From Lytechinus pictus (Eukaryota), in the NCBI RefSeq assembly GCF_037042905.1, contig NC_087252.1, positions 25,918,001 through 25,982,000 of the forward strand: a stretch of DNA of 64,000 nt, given 5' to 3'. The position numbers and the translations under genes were made by a program. Positions 27,310 through 40,000 of the stretch are shown here, piece after piece; within the stretch, counting starts at the first letter, position 1, and the number at the start of each line of letters is the position of its first letter. The notes below the pieces were generated by a model. The model searched no databases. It saw nothing but the letters and a program-made list of their open reading frames with translations, and was not told where the DNA came from.

Positions 27310-29812
27310 GATACCACAAATTCCCATCGGTCTGTGCTGAACACACATGTGACCTCTCCCACATAATTCATAGCGGTTTGGTGTGTTGTCTGCACAGGGC
27401 TCCTTCCAGAATAGGCACACATCGGGACTTCCCCCATATATCTTCATCATCATCCGTTAAAGTACAATCCACCAGGTTGGTGTATCATCGTACTTGTAGA
27501 ATTGTGCAGAAATATGGACAGTGCTGTGGAAGATCTATTCTACGTACGTGCGGTTAAAAAGAATCAGCGCAGTCTTAGCGCAATTGGATTTTCTGTACCT
27601 CAGCTTTGAAGCTGGCTACTGAAGTGCAGTTAACTGTAATGGCAGGGAGCATATTCCACAGTCTAATTGCAACAGGAATAAAAGTTTTTCTGATAAGTAA
27701 CAGTGCGAGTATGTGGGACGTGTTACCTCATCTGATGACCACGAAGCGAGGTGGAAGTAGCATCCTGGTTGAAGTACTGTACCTTTGGTACATCAACAAT
27801 TGTGTTTACCAAGCGATAAACCATCACCACCTTGAACTGGGCTCTTCTCTCTTCAAGGGTGGGCCACTGTAGCTGTCGTAGCATATCAGTGACACTACTA
27901 GTGCGATGATGGTCTCCCATGGTGAATCTAGCATATCGTCGCTGCACCATCTCCAGCTTCCGGGTGTTGTCCTTGGTGAAGGGATTCCACACTTCACATC
28001 CATATTCCAGGATAGGTCTGAGGAGAGATTTGTAACATAGAACCTTGACGCTTCTTCGATATGAGTGCAGGTTATGTTGCAAAAAGGCACGTGTAGAGTT
28101 GGCCTTCTTGGTGACCATGCTAATATGGTGGTTCCACTTCATGTTCTGATGAATATGAACACCAAGGTATTTAGCAGAGCTGACCTTTTGTAAAGGTTGA
28201 TCACGAATGGAGTATGTCATGTTTAGTGGTTTCCGCTTGTTGGTTACTGAGATAGTTAATCTGTCAATCTTATCCAGAATTCATTGTGTTGGAGGTGTTC
28301 AATCCCAGTCAGCAGAATTTTGTGTTTCATTGACAGAGGCCTCCTCCCGACTACCTGGAATTCCAGCTGATTTAGAGTAATCCTTTGCAAATTGTTGAAA
28401 TTCACCACTGATCGATCACTCACATAGGCCAGGGAACTGACTGGTATAGTTATCTCCTCAGAGACTATTACTCTGACAAAATGTTTCAATCCACAGTGCC
28501 ATTCTCCTATTTAGAATAACCCCTCGACCTCAGCAGTTGCATAGTTAACACTTTTGGAAATACATCGTATGATCCTTGTAATATGGCTCTTGACTAATTC
28601 TGTATACCTGAACATGTCACTACAACCTGTCTCGAAAACATATTCTAATTTCTGTTCGTAGTCCTTGAGGTTTCCTCTCGCAGCCAATTCATCCATTATT
28701 TTCGCCATCAGGCAGTATTTGGTTATATGAAAATCTCTGGAAAAAAAATCTCTGCATTTTCTACGAATTGCCTTCTTTATGCCTGTGAATTTAATGTTCT
28801 TTATTGTGTGTAAAGTATGCCACCTGACTCAAGGCGATGTTCTTGGAGTGTTGAGGCCTTGCGTTTAGGCCATGCTTTTTATTATACTCCGATTGCATCA
28901 AACTGTATACACGGACAAGTTGACGGCTTACAACAGCAAATTTAACAAAATATTCAGGGCGAATCGTGAAGTTGCATTCATTAGACGCATGTGCATCCTG
29001 ATTGTGTCAATTTTCTGCATGAGCTTTTGTATAGCCTCTTGGACATGATAATTTTGAAATTTCACATGCTGATGAGTAATACGGATTTTAGATAAGTACG
29101 AATTTCGCTGTCTGTCAGTACAACTTCCAATGTACAGTGGTCTGGACTTTATGGCTATTGTAACCGCAGATGCCCTTCATGTTATTCAGAGAGGATCATG
29201 GAGGATATTTTCAATCTGACGTGTTCATCTCTAACATCTTCTCCAGAGGTACTGCTTTCCAAAGATACCTCCTCAAGTAGAATATTTAGAGAATGGCACC
29301 TTAACCCATTCTTAAAAATAGCTCTGTGCGCATGAAACCCTTGGTGAAGAATCTCCTCCATCACATTTGTCTTCAGTTTCTCGTTTGTGGTCTTTGTTGC
29401 AAGCTCGTGAACTATTGAAACCCACATGATATCAAACGTCTTTACAGTCTTTGCCTTTCACTTGTTCTGCCAATTCAACTGCTTTGTTCATTTGCGTCAT
29501 GATTTGCACAATTCTACGACTGCAAGATCTCCACTCGGCGTTCTTGTTTTATTGATAACAGACCTTTCTTGCTCTCACTTTGCAGCTACTCAACTGCAAA
29601 ATTCAGTTGGTCTAGCTTGGATTGCTTCCATTGCATATTTATTTCCCGCATGTTGCAGTTCTAAAAGTAATCCAACAGAAAATTTTTGGTTTCTTCAGCC
29701 TTTTCAGTAAGAACTTCGGAGAGTATGGCTATGAGTGGCTGAAAGACATTTTCTAGGTCATCAAAAGTTTCACACATTGTCAACTTGATCTTCGTGGAGG
29801 ATAACCAAGATC
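27310..29812 (-). pseudogene. Decayed C-terminal half of the copy-B VLIG GTPase exon
   Basis: Fragments in shifting frames match the 57799-62754 protein (MWVSIVHELA, VVNFNNLQR, EPCADNTP...HMCVQHRP). Multiple frameshifts and stops, a LINE insertion, and loss of the extreme 3' end. Confidence 0.9.
27441..28265 (-). mobile_element. 5'-truncated CR1/L2-group LINE inserted in the VLIG pseudo-exon
   Basis: KYLGVHI...W..HI...KA...YKSLLRPILEYGCEVWNP...LEMVQRR...LQWPTLEERR, with a (gat/gaa)n tail. VLIG homology resumes on both sides. Confidence 0.85.
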
Positions 29813-32445
29813 TCAATTCATCTCCAAAGTGTAGTAATTGGATTGCATGCTATTGTGGGATTTCATCTCAAGACTGTTGCGGAATCTGAAGACAAAGTCA
29901 TCATCAAGGATCCTATTCCATAGATCAGCAAGGTGAATGGATAAATCTGAAGATGTCAGAAATGCTTTCTGTCCTTTCGCAATCTCTCCCAAAACGTTCG
30001 ACCGTAAGGCAGCTACCTTTTCACAATACGCTGGATTTGCACGGGCCTTGAGTGGATTGCCATGCCACAGATCAGGGAAGAACCATACATGTTCTTCGAC
30101 ATCAAAGTTCACAATCTGGGAGAATAGGTAGATGTTTTTTAGGTTTTCACAGAGGGCTGCTTCTTTGGTCCTATCGTTTAAGGCACCTTGCACTTTCAGG
30201 CATCCGTGCCTCATTTCCTCTGCATTAGCTTCTGGGGTATTCTGATGAAGAAATATGCAGGTTTTGTCACCTCGAGTGTGTTTTCTTGCACGGTTCATCC
30301 TTAAGAAGGCATGCACTACAATCTGCAAGACGTCTGTCATTTCTTCTGAGAGTTCTCTTTTGATGTGAATCATGTTTACATTACCTAGACCAAATACGAG
30401 AGTTGCAAGCTTATTATCAGGCTCGTATTTAAGTTGTCCTAGTCCTGGTGCACGAAGCCCTTCTGTATCTACAACAACAACATAATCAAATGGAAGATCA
30501 GCGTGTTTATCTACTGGGATGAGTTGCATGTATGCTCCCTTTGTGCATCCCCCTGCACTAACGGCGAACTGCAACCCAAACATGGTGTTTAAAAGTGTTG
30601 ATTTCCCAGAGCTCTGGATACCCAAGATGGAGAGAACAAAGAGTCTCTTTTCGCCAATAATATTTCCAAGCTGCCTCAACACTGCGCTTACCCATACAAT
30701 GTGAATACTTGATGAGTCTCCATCAACTAACTCCAATGGGATGCCCTTCACTAGGAGTTTGGCAGCTATTTCTGGCAGATACTCCACATCTACCCCAGTG
30801 TCTTGTTCTTCTTTGCCACTCCCATTCATCGCTTCGTAAATTTGACCCAATTCTCTGAAAATGTTTTCCATTCCAAATGATGCATTGGCAAGCTGATGTT
30901 CATTCAAATAGAGATCAATCCACCTCAGGAAATACATAACATCTCCGTTCTTTTGCAGAGTTGACATGAAGTCTTTGATGAAGGGAGTTAGTCCGTTTTT
31001 GCATATTTCCACCTGTTTTTCACGAAGAAGTTTCATCTTCTGTTTCAATTCATCAGCATGATGTGATGACGACTGTGTACCCTGACCAGCTGTTCTGTGT
31101 AGCCTCTTTAGCATATTGCAGTTTTCAATCCAATAAGGACCTTGCAAAGGAAGAAGGAGGTTTTTACAGTCAGCGATGTTCATGTCTTTCACGTTGCTGA
31201 CAACATTATCTGCAAGGACCTTACCTTCAAGGCAGGCTTCATCATCATATTCATCTATGATGATCCCCATCTCCCTCACACGTAGAGCGCACTCTTCTAA
31301 AACTGCACCAGAACACCCACTGATCGCTTCTGACAGCTTTTCTCTAGCTTCAGTCTTGAGCACACTGGCATTTTTCCGAATACCGTCTTTGGTTCTGGAT
31401 AAAATTATACTGACAGCTTTTATGAAATCCTTTCCAATTGTCTCAAAACAAGCCAGTGTACCTTGTTCGTGTTTTCCGCAGATCAAAAGAAGGATGACTT
31501 TAGCATTAGTTTGTAAGATTTGTTGGAATGTGTTGGTGTTTTGGGGTGTTGCCAGTTCTTGATCAGTGGCTGACACAAATATTACAGAAGATATTTCCTG
31601 CAAAATCTGCATTTGTTTCTTCATTACAGAGGCATCGCCTCTTAAGTTTAGTATCGTAGTTGTTTCAGGTAGGTGGTCTTTTTGTCCATCTAATGCAATA
31701 AACCAGAAACATTCCACAAGACCATTAGTTATCCTTCTGGTTACGGTACCATTGAGGCAATCTTTGTGGAAGAAGGTGTCATGACCATCATCCTTGAGAA
31801 TATCGTTCATCAGCTTGGACTTAGACAGTGGTGCCCTGCCCAATCTAACAAATGTCACCACAGGGAAATATTTGTCTGTCACCGACGATTTGGAAATGCA
31901 ATTTTTCTCGGTTTGCCGCTGAACAGTAATCGTTCTTAGTGCCCATAGTGACATCCCGACCTTGCCTTCTGATCCAAGAGGATACAGAAAGGGAATGGCA
32001 AGTTTGCAAATAAAAAGCTTCTGAGCAAGAGTTTGTTTTAGAAAGTTGTCGCAGCATGTAAATATTGCCACCATAACATCCAAAGGGTTAAGATTCATCG
32101 TTTCATTGTTTTCAGAACCAACACTTGTATTTTGCATTTCAAGAAGAGCCTCTAGGTCAAAGACACCTCCCTCATTGCGTCTCTCTTCTCTTGATGACTT
32201 GTTCAAATCTGACAAAAGATGGCCTCTTGCATGAAAATCAGTCATTAGGACTTTGTGTATAAACTTCCAAGGAAGTTTAAGGTACTCAGTGGGATTTTTA
32301 ATGACCATGGCATCCATAAGGGAAATTTTAGATGGATAATATTTGCCTAAGTCTAGTTTCTTTATGATAACTGAAAATTCACCTTGTTCTGCGACCTCAG
32401 GAGTAGCTGCCAAGTCTGGAGAATGGGTGACACACCTGTTCATAC
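29813..32445 (-). CDS. Copy B terminal exon: truncated very large inducible GTPase (GVIN1/URGCP family)
   Basis: ttgcag acceptor, phase 1. GIQSSGKSTLLN (G1), DTEG (G3), CKLAIPFL, NLRGDA, FRFRNSLE. Premature TGA at 29813 follows a short frameshifting deletion relative to copy C. Confidence 0.85.
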
Positions 32446-33114
32446 CTGCAATTGATTGATATAGAAACAAGACGTAAACATAAAGATGAAGAAATTACTT
32501 TCCACGCCATTGACGTGATTGAAATGTCTTATGGGAATGTCTTTGTTGTGGTGTATTAAAAATAAAAGTACGCCTTCGAAGAAAAATTCTCCACCTAGAT
32601 AACTATAATTATTTGAGTAACAAATGGAGAAATGCGTGGTACATTGCTTGACCTTGAGTGCCATGATTTCATAAGCCCTGAACTCTGTAATTTATTTTCA
32701 TTTCGTATGCCATTCCTTTGAAGTGGACTATTTTTGTAATGTTTTTTTTTTGGAAGATAAAAAAACACGTTGGCGTAGTTATTCATTTTGCCGGGTCCCG
32801 GAGATGGGGTATGGTTCGTTGACGCCTCTCCAATGACGGCTTCCATTCCCCACCCCACCCCCATTTCAAATTACGATTTCTTAAATATTTCTCGACAATC
32901 TTTTTGGTATTTTAGGTGGGGGTACATTATGCACCCTAAGGGCTAGACGTGTACACCCTCTAAGGTGCAGATGGACAGCCCAAATAGGGGGTGCACACTG
33001 TACACCCCTTTTCGGGGTGTACGTGTACACCGCTAGGGGTACTCGTATAGAGACAGGCCTGTGCACCCCTAGGGGTGTAAAATTTAACCAGAATTTCTTA
33101 GTGTGTCGTTCATG

Positions 33115-33470
33115 AGGCTTGCCAGTCAATATAACAGAAGAGTGTCACTATTCATAAAACAAGAAGGTCGCTAGTCAAAAAATAGAATAGGGTCGCTAGT
33201 CATAATAGTCGAAGAGTGTCACCAGCCATATTTAGATAGGATGGTAGTTAATCATGATAGCAGAAGAATGTCGCTAACCATACTGATAAAAGGATGTCTT
33301 TTACTCCTAAGAATATATAGAAGAGGGTCGCTATAGTCATACTTACTGTAACTAGAGGGTAACTAGTCATACTAGACGAGTGTTGCTAGTCATAAAAGTA
33401 GAATAGGGTCGCTAGCATTAATAGTAGAGTCGCTATTCACAAAAAAGGAATGACTGCTAGTCACAATTAG
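33115..33470. repeat. Degenerate ~24-bp tandem array (ggtcgctagtcataatag)
   Basis: Periodic gtcgctagtca motifs; the reverse-complement array is at ~43836-44060. Confidence 0.65.
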
Positions 33471-35159
33471 TCACCTCAAACAAACATTGTAGGTTCGAGT
33501 CGATCCTGGACAACTGAACTGACTGAAATTTGCGTCGATAGTTGAAATATAATTAGTTAATATTACAAGAAAATGTCTCTTACAAACAAAATTCTGAACT
33601 TCAACGTGTGCTGTCTTTTTTCTATTGCACCTCTGCACAAATTCTCACCCGGCGTCAATTTGTGCACAAATTCACACAACAAATTGTCAACCCTGCGCAA
33701 ATTGCCGCCTCATTTAGGTGACAATTTGTGGAGGAGGGGACACCACAAATTTTCGCCCCATTTCTCTAAACACTTAAAGACCCTGACCGGTGTAAAAACA
33801 ATCATATATCAAGAGAAAGGTAATGATTCATAGAATACAAATATACCAAAAATATTACATATATCTCCTTCCATTTCTTAAAAATATTAAATCAAAATCA
33901 AAGAAAATTGCTCCATCCAAACTCGTTTTGATTGAGAACCACCTCGTCGCCTGGAAATGATGACGCCACGTTGTGTCTGGAGGGTTGTGACTCCATAGGT
34001 TTGTGTACAAAAGCATTGGGTATTTTCTTCCATTTCCATGTTATGAATCCATTTTTTTTTTCGTTTTCAGATGAAAATGGCACTCAACATTATTCACTGT
34101 TCAAATTGATGTAAACCTACAACGATTCACTACCTTTTTTTGTGATTTCTTTGTTTGGCTCTTATTGGGCCTAAATTGCTATGTCAGGCAAAGTTGTTTT
34201 ACATAATCTGAATGCAGATAGAATTGAAATCTGCGCCAGATAAGCAGGAAATAAAATATGGCAAAAACTAGTTCAAAACTGTAGATTTCATAAATTCAAG
34301 CTTGTGGGAAAAAATATATGTGATATCCCTTTATGATAGAAGTGAAGAGAATGAAATGCGTTATCTGGAAAGCAAAAAAAACACCCAGTTTTTATGTGTA
34401 CAAACCTATGGAATTACGACGCTTCTTACACAACGTGACGTCACGGTCTCGAGGCAGGTGAAAAGCACAATAAAGCCTATTTTCTAAGCCGGGTTCGAAG
34501 CCCGATAATTGGAATATTCTTAAGCAAAATACTCAGCTGGGAAGCGGTGAAATGCACAAAGCATACATTGTTCCATTCAGTAGCTCATAAGCTTTCGATT
34601 GGTATATTTGCTGACCTCGTTGCACTTCCCAGTACTTTTCTCCATATCGATTGTTGTATTATATTCAAAGGTTTTTTTTCTCTGTATATTGAATTTTATT
34701 ACCCTGCATTTTCTCATTATAGAGAAATGCTAACCTCGTTGCACTTCCCAGTATTTTTCTCCATATTGATTGTTGTATTATATTCTAAGTTTTTTTTTTT
34801 CTGTATAGTGAATTTTATTGCCCTGCATTTTCTCATTATAGAGAAATGTCCTGGGCGTACATTGTATTCCTTTAATGTGCAGATTTGCAAATAAAGTGAT
34901 ATATAACAACAACAAATGTCAGTTTCATTTTTGGGTCTGGTCTGGGTGTTTAACTTACTTTAGTACCAATGACCTTCTTCTGATCATGCGCAGCATGAAA
35001 CTACGAATGGGCTTATACCAAAAGAAAGAAAGGATGGCGCTCCAATAGTCTCCAAAGGAGGGGGGGGGGGCTCAAAGAAAGCGACCCGAAGTGAAATGAC
35101 GTCACGAATCAGAGACTACACTAGGGTCAGGTAACACAAAGTTTAGCGATTAATTATAC

Positions 35160-35434
35160 TTGCTTATATAGTGCTTAATACTTACTTTGTCAGAAGTCTC
35201 TAAGCGCTCTATAGTATATGCAGCATAATTACCCCGGCTTTAGCAGTGCAGCTGTTACGCGCGCTGCGTTTCAAGGAATAAATTCCTTCCAGGTACCCAT
35301 TTACCTCACCTGGGGAGAGTGCAGCACATTGTGGATCAATTTCTTGCTGAAGAAAATTACGCCATGGTTGGGATTCGAACCCACGACCCTCTGTTTCAAA
35401 TTCCGGAGACTAATCCACTGGACCACAACACTCC
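35160..35434 (-). mobile_element. tRNA-derived SINE inserted in a Harbinger-like MITE (~35124-35538)
   Basis: Minus strand shows A box gtggtccagtgg, B box ggttcgaatccc, core aaatgggtacc and tail aagcgcttagag. Flanks gattaattatac / gattaatcatac resemble a TSD. Related heads at ~43510 (+), ~44958 (+) and ~49030 (-). Confidence 0.8.
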
Positions 35435-35844
35435 GTGTGATTAATCATACGCTTGATTGTACATTGTAGCCATGCAATGGAATCATTCGTAGAAGAATGT
35501 TCTACGATCATCGCTATTAGCTTTGTCTTACGGGCCCCCAGAACTGATCCACCCAGGATTCAAGTAGGACAGGACTAATACTGTTAAGGGGGAGTGAAAG
35601 AGTAAAAATGAATATTGCTGGTTCAGGGCCGCAAAGGTGTCTTTCTGAAGGTGTGTTCAAGCAGGGGGCAGGAGATAAAATTTAAAGACGATATTGAACC
35701 TGTCATCTTGTCGGAAAATTTCAAGTAAAAGATGAGAAGATGTAAATGTCTGATTACATCATATCTATTTGGGGTTTTCCAAGCTTCAGGAGGTAGTTGA
35801 AACACTTTTATTTTGAAAGTTATGATGTATTAGTATAAACTTAC

Positions 35845-35925
35845 CATCAATTGCTGACTTTGAAATCATTGGATCTCTCTCAGAGGTTTCGACTTTACTC
35901 GTATCAGCATCCACCTCGGGGGAGC
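35845..35925 (-). CDS. Copy B exon 5: acidic/Ser-rich cytoplasmic linker (GSPEVDADTSKVETSERDPMISKSAID)
   Basis: tttccttaag acceptor, gtaagt donor, 81 bp, open in phase 1-1. Confidence 0.6.
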
Positions 35926-37049
35926 CTTAAGGAAATATAAGACAATAAGGATCTTTAGATACTCGACGAGAATTAGATTCAACGGGGAAAATTCATCTGT
36001 TCCAATAATTGAAATCTTTCTCGTCTGGTCCTTATCCATGTTACCGGTAGCAATATCAAAATTGAATTTTTGATATCAAGAAAAAAGAACAAATCTTTCA
36101 TGTCACAATAAAAAAAATTCGCTCGCAGTGCCTAAGAGGGAATTTAATATTTTGCTCATTATGGACCTTAAAATATCAAGTTTTGAAGTCAATATAAATT
36201 ATTTCTATCTTGATACCATTTTCTAGCATCATCAATTTAAATCAATAAGACAATGTATATATATATATAATTTCTATTGTAAAGTTAATTCATGACTTTT
36301 AGTACTAAAGTAAGTTGTCAAGATGAAATATTTGTCTTTGATATTTCTGACTATATTATGACTGCGGGGATATGTTGTATATTAACTACAATCAGTCTTT
36401 GCAATTATCAACAAGAAGAACATTTACTGTCTTGCTTTGTCTTTCGTCTTGCTTGCGGGTCTGACAACTAATATTTCATAGCTGTATAAATACAGGTTAT
36501 GTACATCAGTACATTAAAACTAACGAAGGTTTTGTAGGTACCATTTTCATAATATAAGACATAGCCTGGATAATTTCGACATGGGGGATTCGTCATGACA
36601 AATGGTTTGCACTGCTTACCTGCAGGACTATGTGAACTGCAACACTTTCAACAAAAAAAATACTTTAATACTTCAACACTTTTAGCATACAAGGCATTAA
36701 CTCAAATTCATTTTACAGAGTATGCAAATTGACATTTCCGAAAATTTGACTTTGAATGTTTGAGGTGGTTTAATTACTCTACCTGATCTAGACTTAAGTG
36801 GAAATCGAGTGTCATTCTCATATTTCTGTTTCTATGGGGGTATTTTGTGTTCTTACACTGCAAAAACTCTGGTGTTGATTTAACAACAGCCATGAATCTA
36901 TATATGTCCACACCAGAGAAGTGTTTTCGTTTTGGGCTAACATCAGATAGATGCAACACCAATCAGCATCAAAACATAATCGGTTTGATTCTAAACTGGT
37001 GTTGTTTTAATATTTCTCTGGTGTGAACATATAAAGATTACGGGCTAGT

Positions 37050-40000
37050 GTTAATTCAACACCGGAGGTTTTGCATTGTAGCATTTCTGTTTGCTTATGA
37101 TTTTCCTCATGTGATTTGTGGAGTTTGTGTGTTTTAAGTGGTTTTGAGAATGTTTGGTCATATTATCATCGGATGGGTGATGTACGTCTTTCTTTTCATG
37201 AGCATGGGATTGTAACTGAACTGTTTTCTGTGCTGGGGGCTTGCTCCCAGTGCATGATGGTAGTTCAATACTCATCTTCAGGTCAATCCTGTTCCTTCTT
37301 AGAAAAAGGCGTGAATCTGTTTCAATCTTGTATGATCTTTTTATCAAGACGTTCTGCCACACTGTGTTTCCTAGCTTGTAGGGCCTGAGGCATACCGCAT
37401 ACATTCGTAATTCCGAAGGTTCGTATTTCCGAAGGTTTGTAATTCCGAGGGTTCGTAAGTCCGAAAACGAAATGAAGTTCGTGATTCCGAAGGTTCGTTA
37501 ATTCGAAAACGAAATGAAGTTCGTAATTCTGAATGTAATTTTGAAATGATTAACGAACCTTACTTCATTTTCGGACTGACGAACCTTCGGAACAACGAAC
37601 CTCATTTCGTTTTCGGATAAACGAAACTTCGGAACAACGAACCTTATTTCGTTTTCGGACTGACGAGCCTTCGGAACAACGAACCTTATTTCGTTTTCGG
37701 ATAAACGAAACTTCGGAACAACGAACCTTATTTCGTTTTCGGATTAACGAACCTTCGGAACATCAAACCTTATTTTGCTTTCGGATTATCGAACCTTCAG
37801 AATAACGAACCTTCGGAATAACGCCACAAATGTTCGGATTAACGAACCCTTTTACGTTTTCGGAATAACGAACAGCGAGGTATAGGCAGTTAACGTGTTT
37901 CATAATTACGAACCTTCAGAATTACGAAGAGTAACCGAGGCATACAACGTCTCCTTCTGTCAGGTTGGGCAGGTCTTTTGCGTGACAATTGTAGGTTTTC
38001 GACTGCTTGTGTTACTGGCCTGTAGTCTCTTCCTGTCTTCACCGAAATTCTCCGCACCTCGTGGGTTCAAGAGGCTGGACGTATTCGGAAGTATTTTTCT
38101 TGTTCTCTTTCGGTGTAGCCTCTGGGCTGGGCTGCTTCCAACATCTTGATTTGGAGTGTTTCGAAGTTCTAGGACTGCTAGGTAGGCGTTACCTTGCACT
38201 CTGATGTTTTCTTCAAAAGTCGTTTTGCAGCCTTGACTGCGGCTTCAACTTTCCCGTTTGCCTGACCGTGTCTTAGTGATATCGTGACATGATCAAACCT
38301 CCATCTCTTGGAGAACTTTGTGAAGTCTTCAGATGAGTAATGTGGTCCGTTGTCGCTAAGAACAGTACTCGGGATGCCATATCTAGAGAAGTGGTTCTTC
38401 AGTTTCCTGATTTCCGACTGACTACTCAGATCATACAGTCTGTTAATTTCCCAGAAGTTGGAAAGATATTTAATCAAGAGTAATAAGGTATTGTTTCTTG
38501 TTGAATTCAATAAGATGAGTCCAAACTTTCTCCCAAAGACGGTCGGGGATGTCGTGTGGCATAGGGTCTCTTTTTTTATTCTACTGCTTATACATTCTGC
38601 AAGGTTCACATGTCTGGATGTACTGCTTCACATTTGCGTTCATTCCGGGCCAGTAGAGGAGTTCTCTGGCTAGCTTGAGAGTTCCTTCAATTCCAAGGTG
38701 AAAGGTATAAAGAGTATCTTTCATTTCCTTCCGGATGGTTATCGGAATGAATATTTCTCTCCTAGTATTAGTCCATCAGCTTAGCTGCTTCAGGTACTTC
38801 TGCTTTGTGTTCCGGCCAACCGTTTCGGATTTCCTGTTTGACTGTTTGTAGAACTTCATTATTGTTGGTAGGGGTTTGCAGTTGCTTGAAACTCTCATCT
38901 CCTATACTTAGAGTTTCAACAATGTTCACTTCACCAAATTCGCTGGCTTCAACATTTGAAGGTAGATATGCTCTTGACATCATCTTCATTTACATTCTTT
39001 GTAGGCGTCTTGGTTCCTTGTGAAGGGGCTTCTTGACAATGGCCTGTAGATTTTCATGGTCGCTCTCAACTATGACCCTTTGCCCAAATTTATACAGGTG
39101 ACACCGCTCAAGCGAAAAGCATATAGCGAGGGTCTCCATTTCAATCTTGGCATACCTCTGTTCGGATGTTAGAGCTCTGCTGACAGAGGAGAGTGGTTGT
39201 TCCTTCTGGAGGAGTACTGATCCAAATCCTGACTTACTAGCGCCAAATTGTATAGGCAGTGATTGGATTGGTGATAGTATGCAAGGACTGGTGCCCTGGT
39301 CAACAATTCCTTTACCCTTGACATTGCCTTCCCATGTTCCTATGTCCAATACCATTCTACATCTTTGTAGGTAAGTCTTCTCAGTGGTTCGAACACATCC
39401 TTGAACACTTCCTTGAAGGCGTTGCACTTCTGCAGGGTTGGAAGGGTTGGGCAGCTCTAGGACGGCTTTTTACCTTATTGGGGTCCACCTTTAGTCCCTT
39501 GTCCGTAACTATGTGTCCAAGAAATAGAATACTCGTTGCCTTCACCACAGACTTTTTAAAATTAAGTTTGACGCCTTTGTCTCTGCATCTTTGGAACAAA
39601 GCTTCTAGTTTGCGATCATGGACCTTCTCTGCTTGCTCTTTGGTGTCACCTATACCAAACAGGATAATGTCATCAGTGACAAACTCGCTTACATCGAGAC
39701 CATCTAAAGTTTGTTATAGCTTCTTTTGGAATATTTCTGCTGACACATTGAGAATAAAAGGCAGTCTCTTCCACCTGTATCTCCCGAACGGGGTGTTCAT
39801 TGTCGTAAGGTAATTGCTCTCATCATCGAGCTTACAATAAAGATAACCTGATCTTATATCAAAGTTAGAAAGATCTCGGCTTTTGACAGCTCAGGGAAAA
39901 ATGTCCTCAATGATTGGCAACCTGTTTATCTCTCTTTGAAAGGCTTTGTTGAGTGGTCTTGGATCAATGCAGAACGTAGCTCAACTCCTTCTTGTCCTTT

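Noticed and set aside
35360..35434. tRNA gene (also ~43510, ~44958, ~49030)
   Set aside because: A/B boxes are present but run into SINE body sequence or are degenerate; no clean cloverleaf.
36620..36644. Possible micro-exon on the minus strand (cag|gtaagc donor)
   Set aside because: Candidate lengths of 8, 17 or 25 nt do not preserve phase 1-1; unsupported without transcripts.
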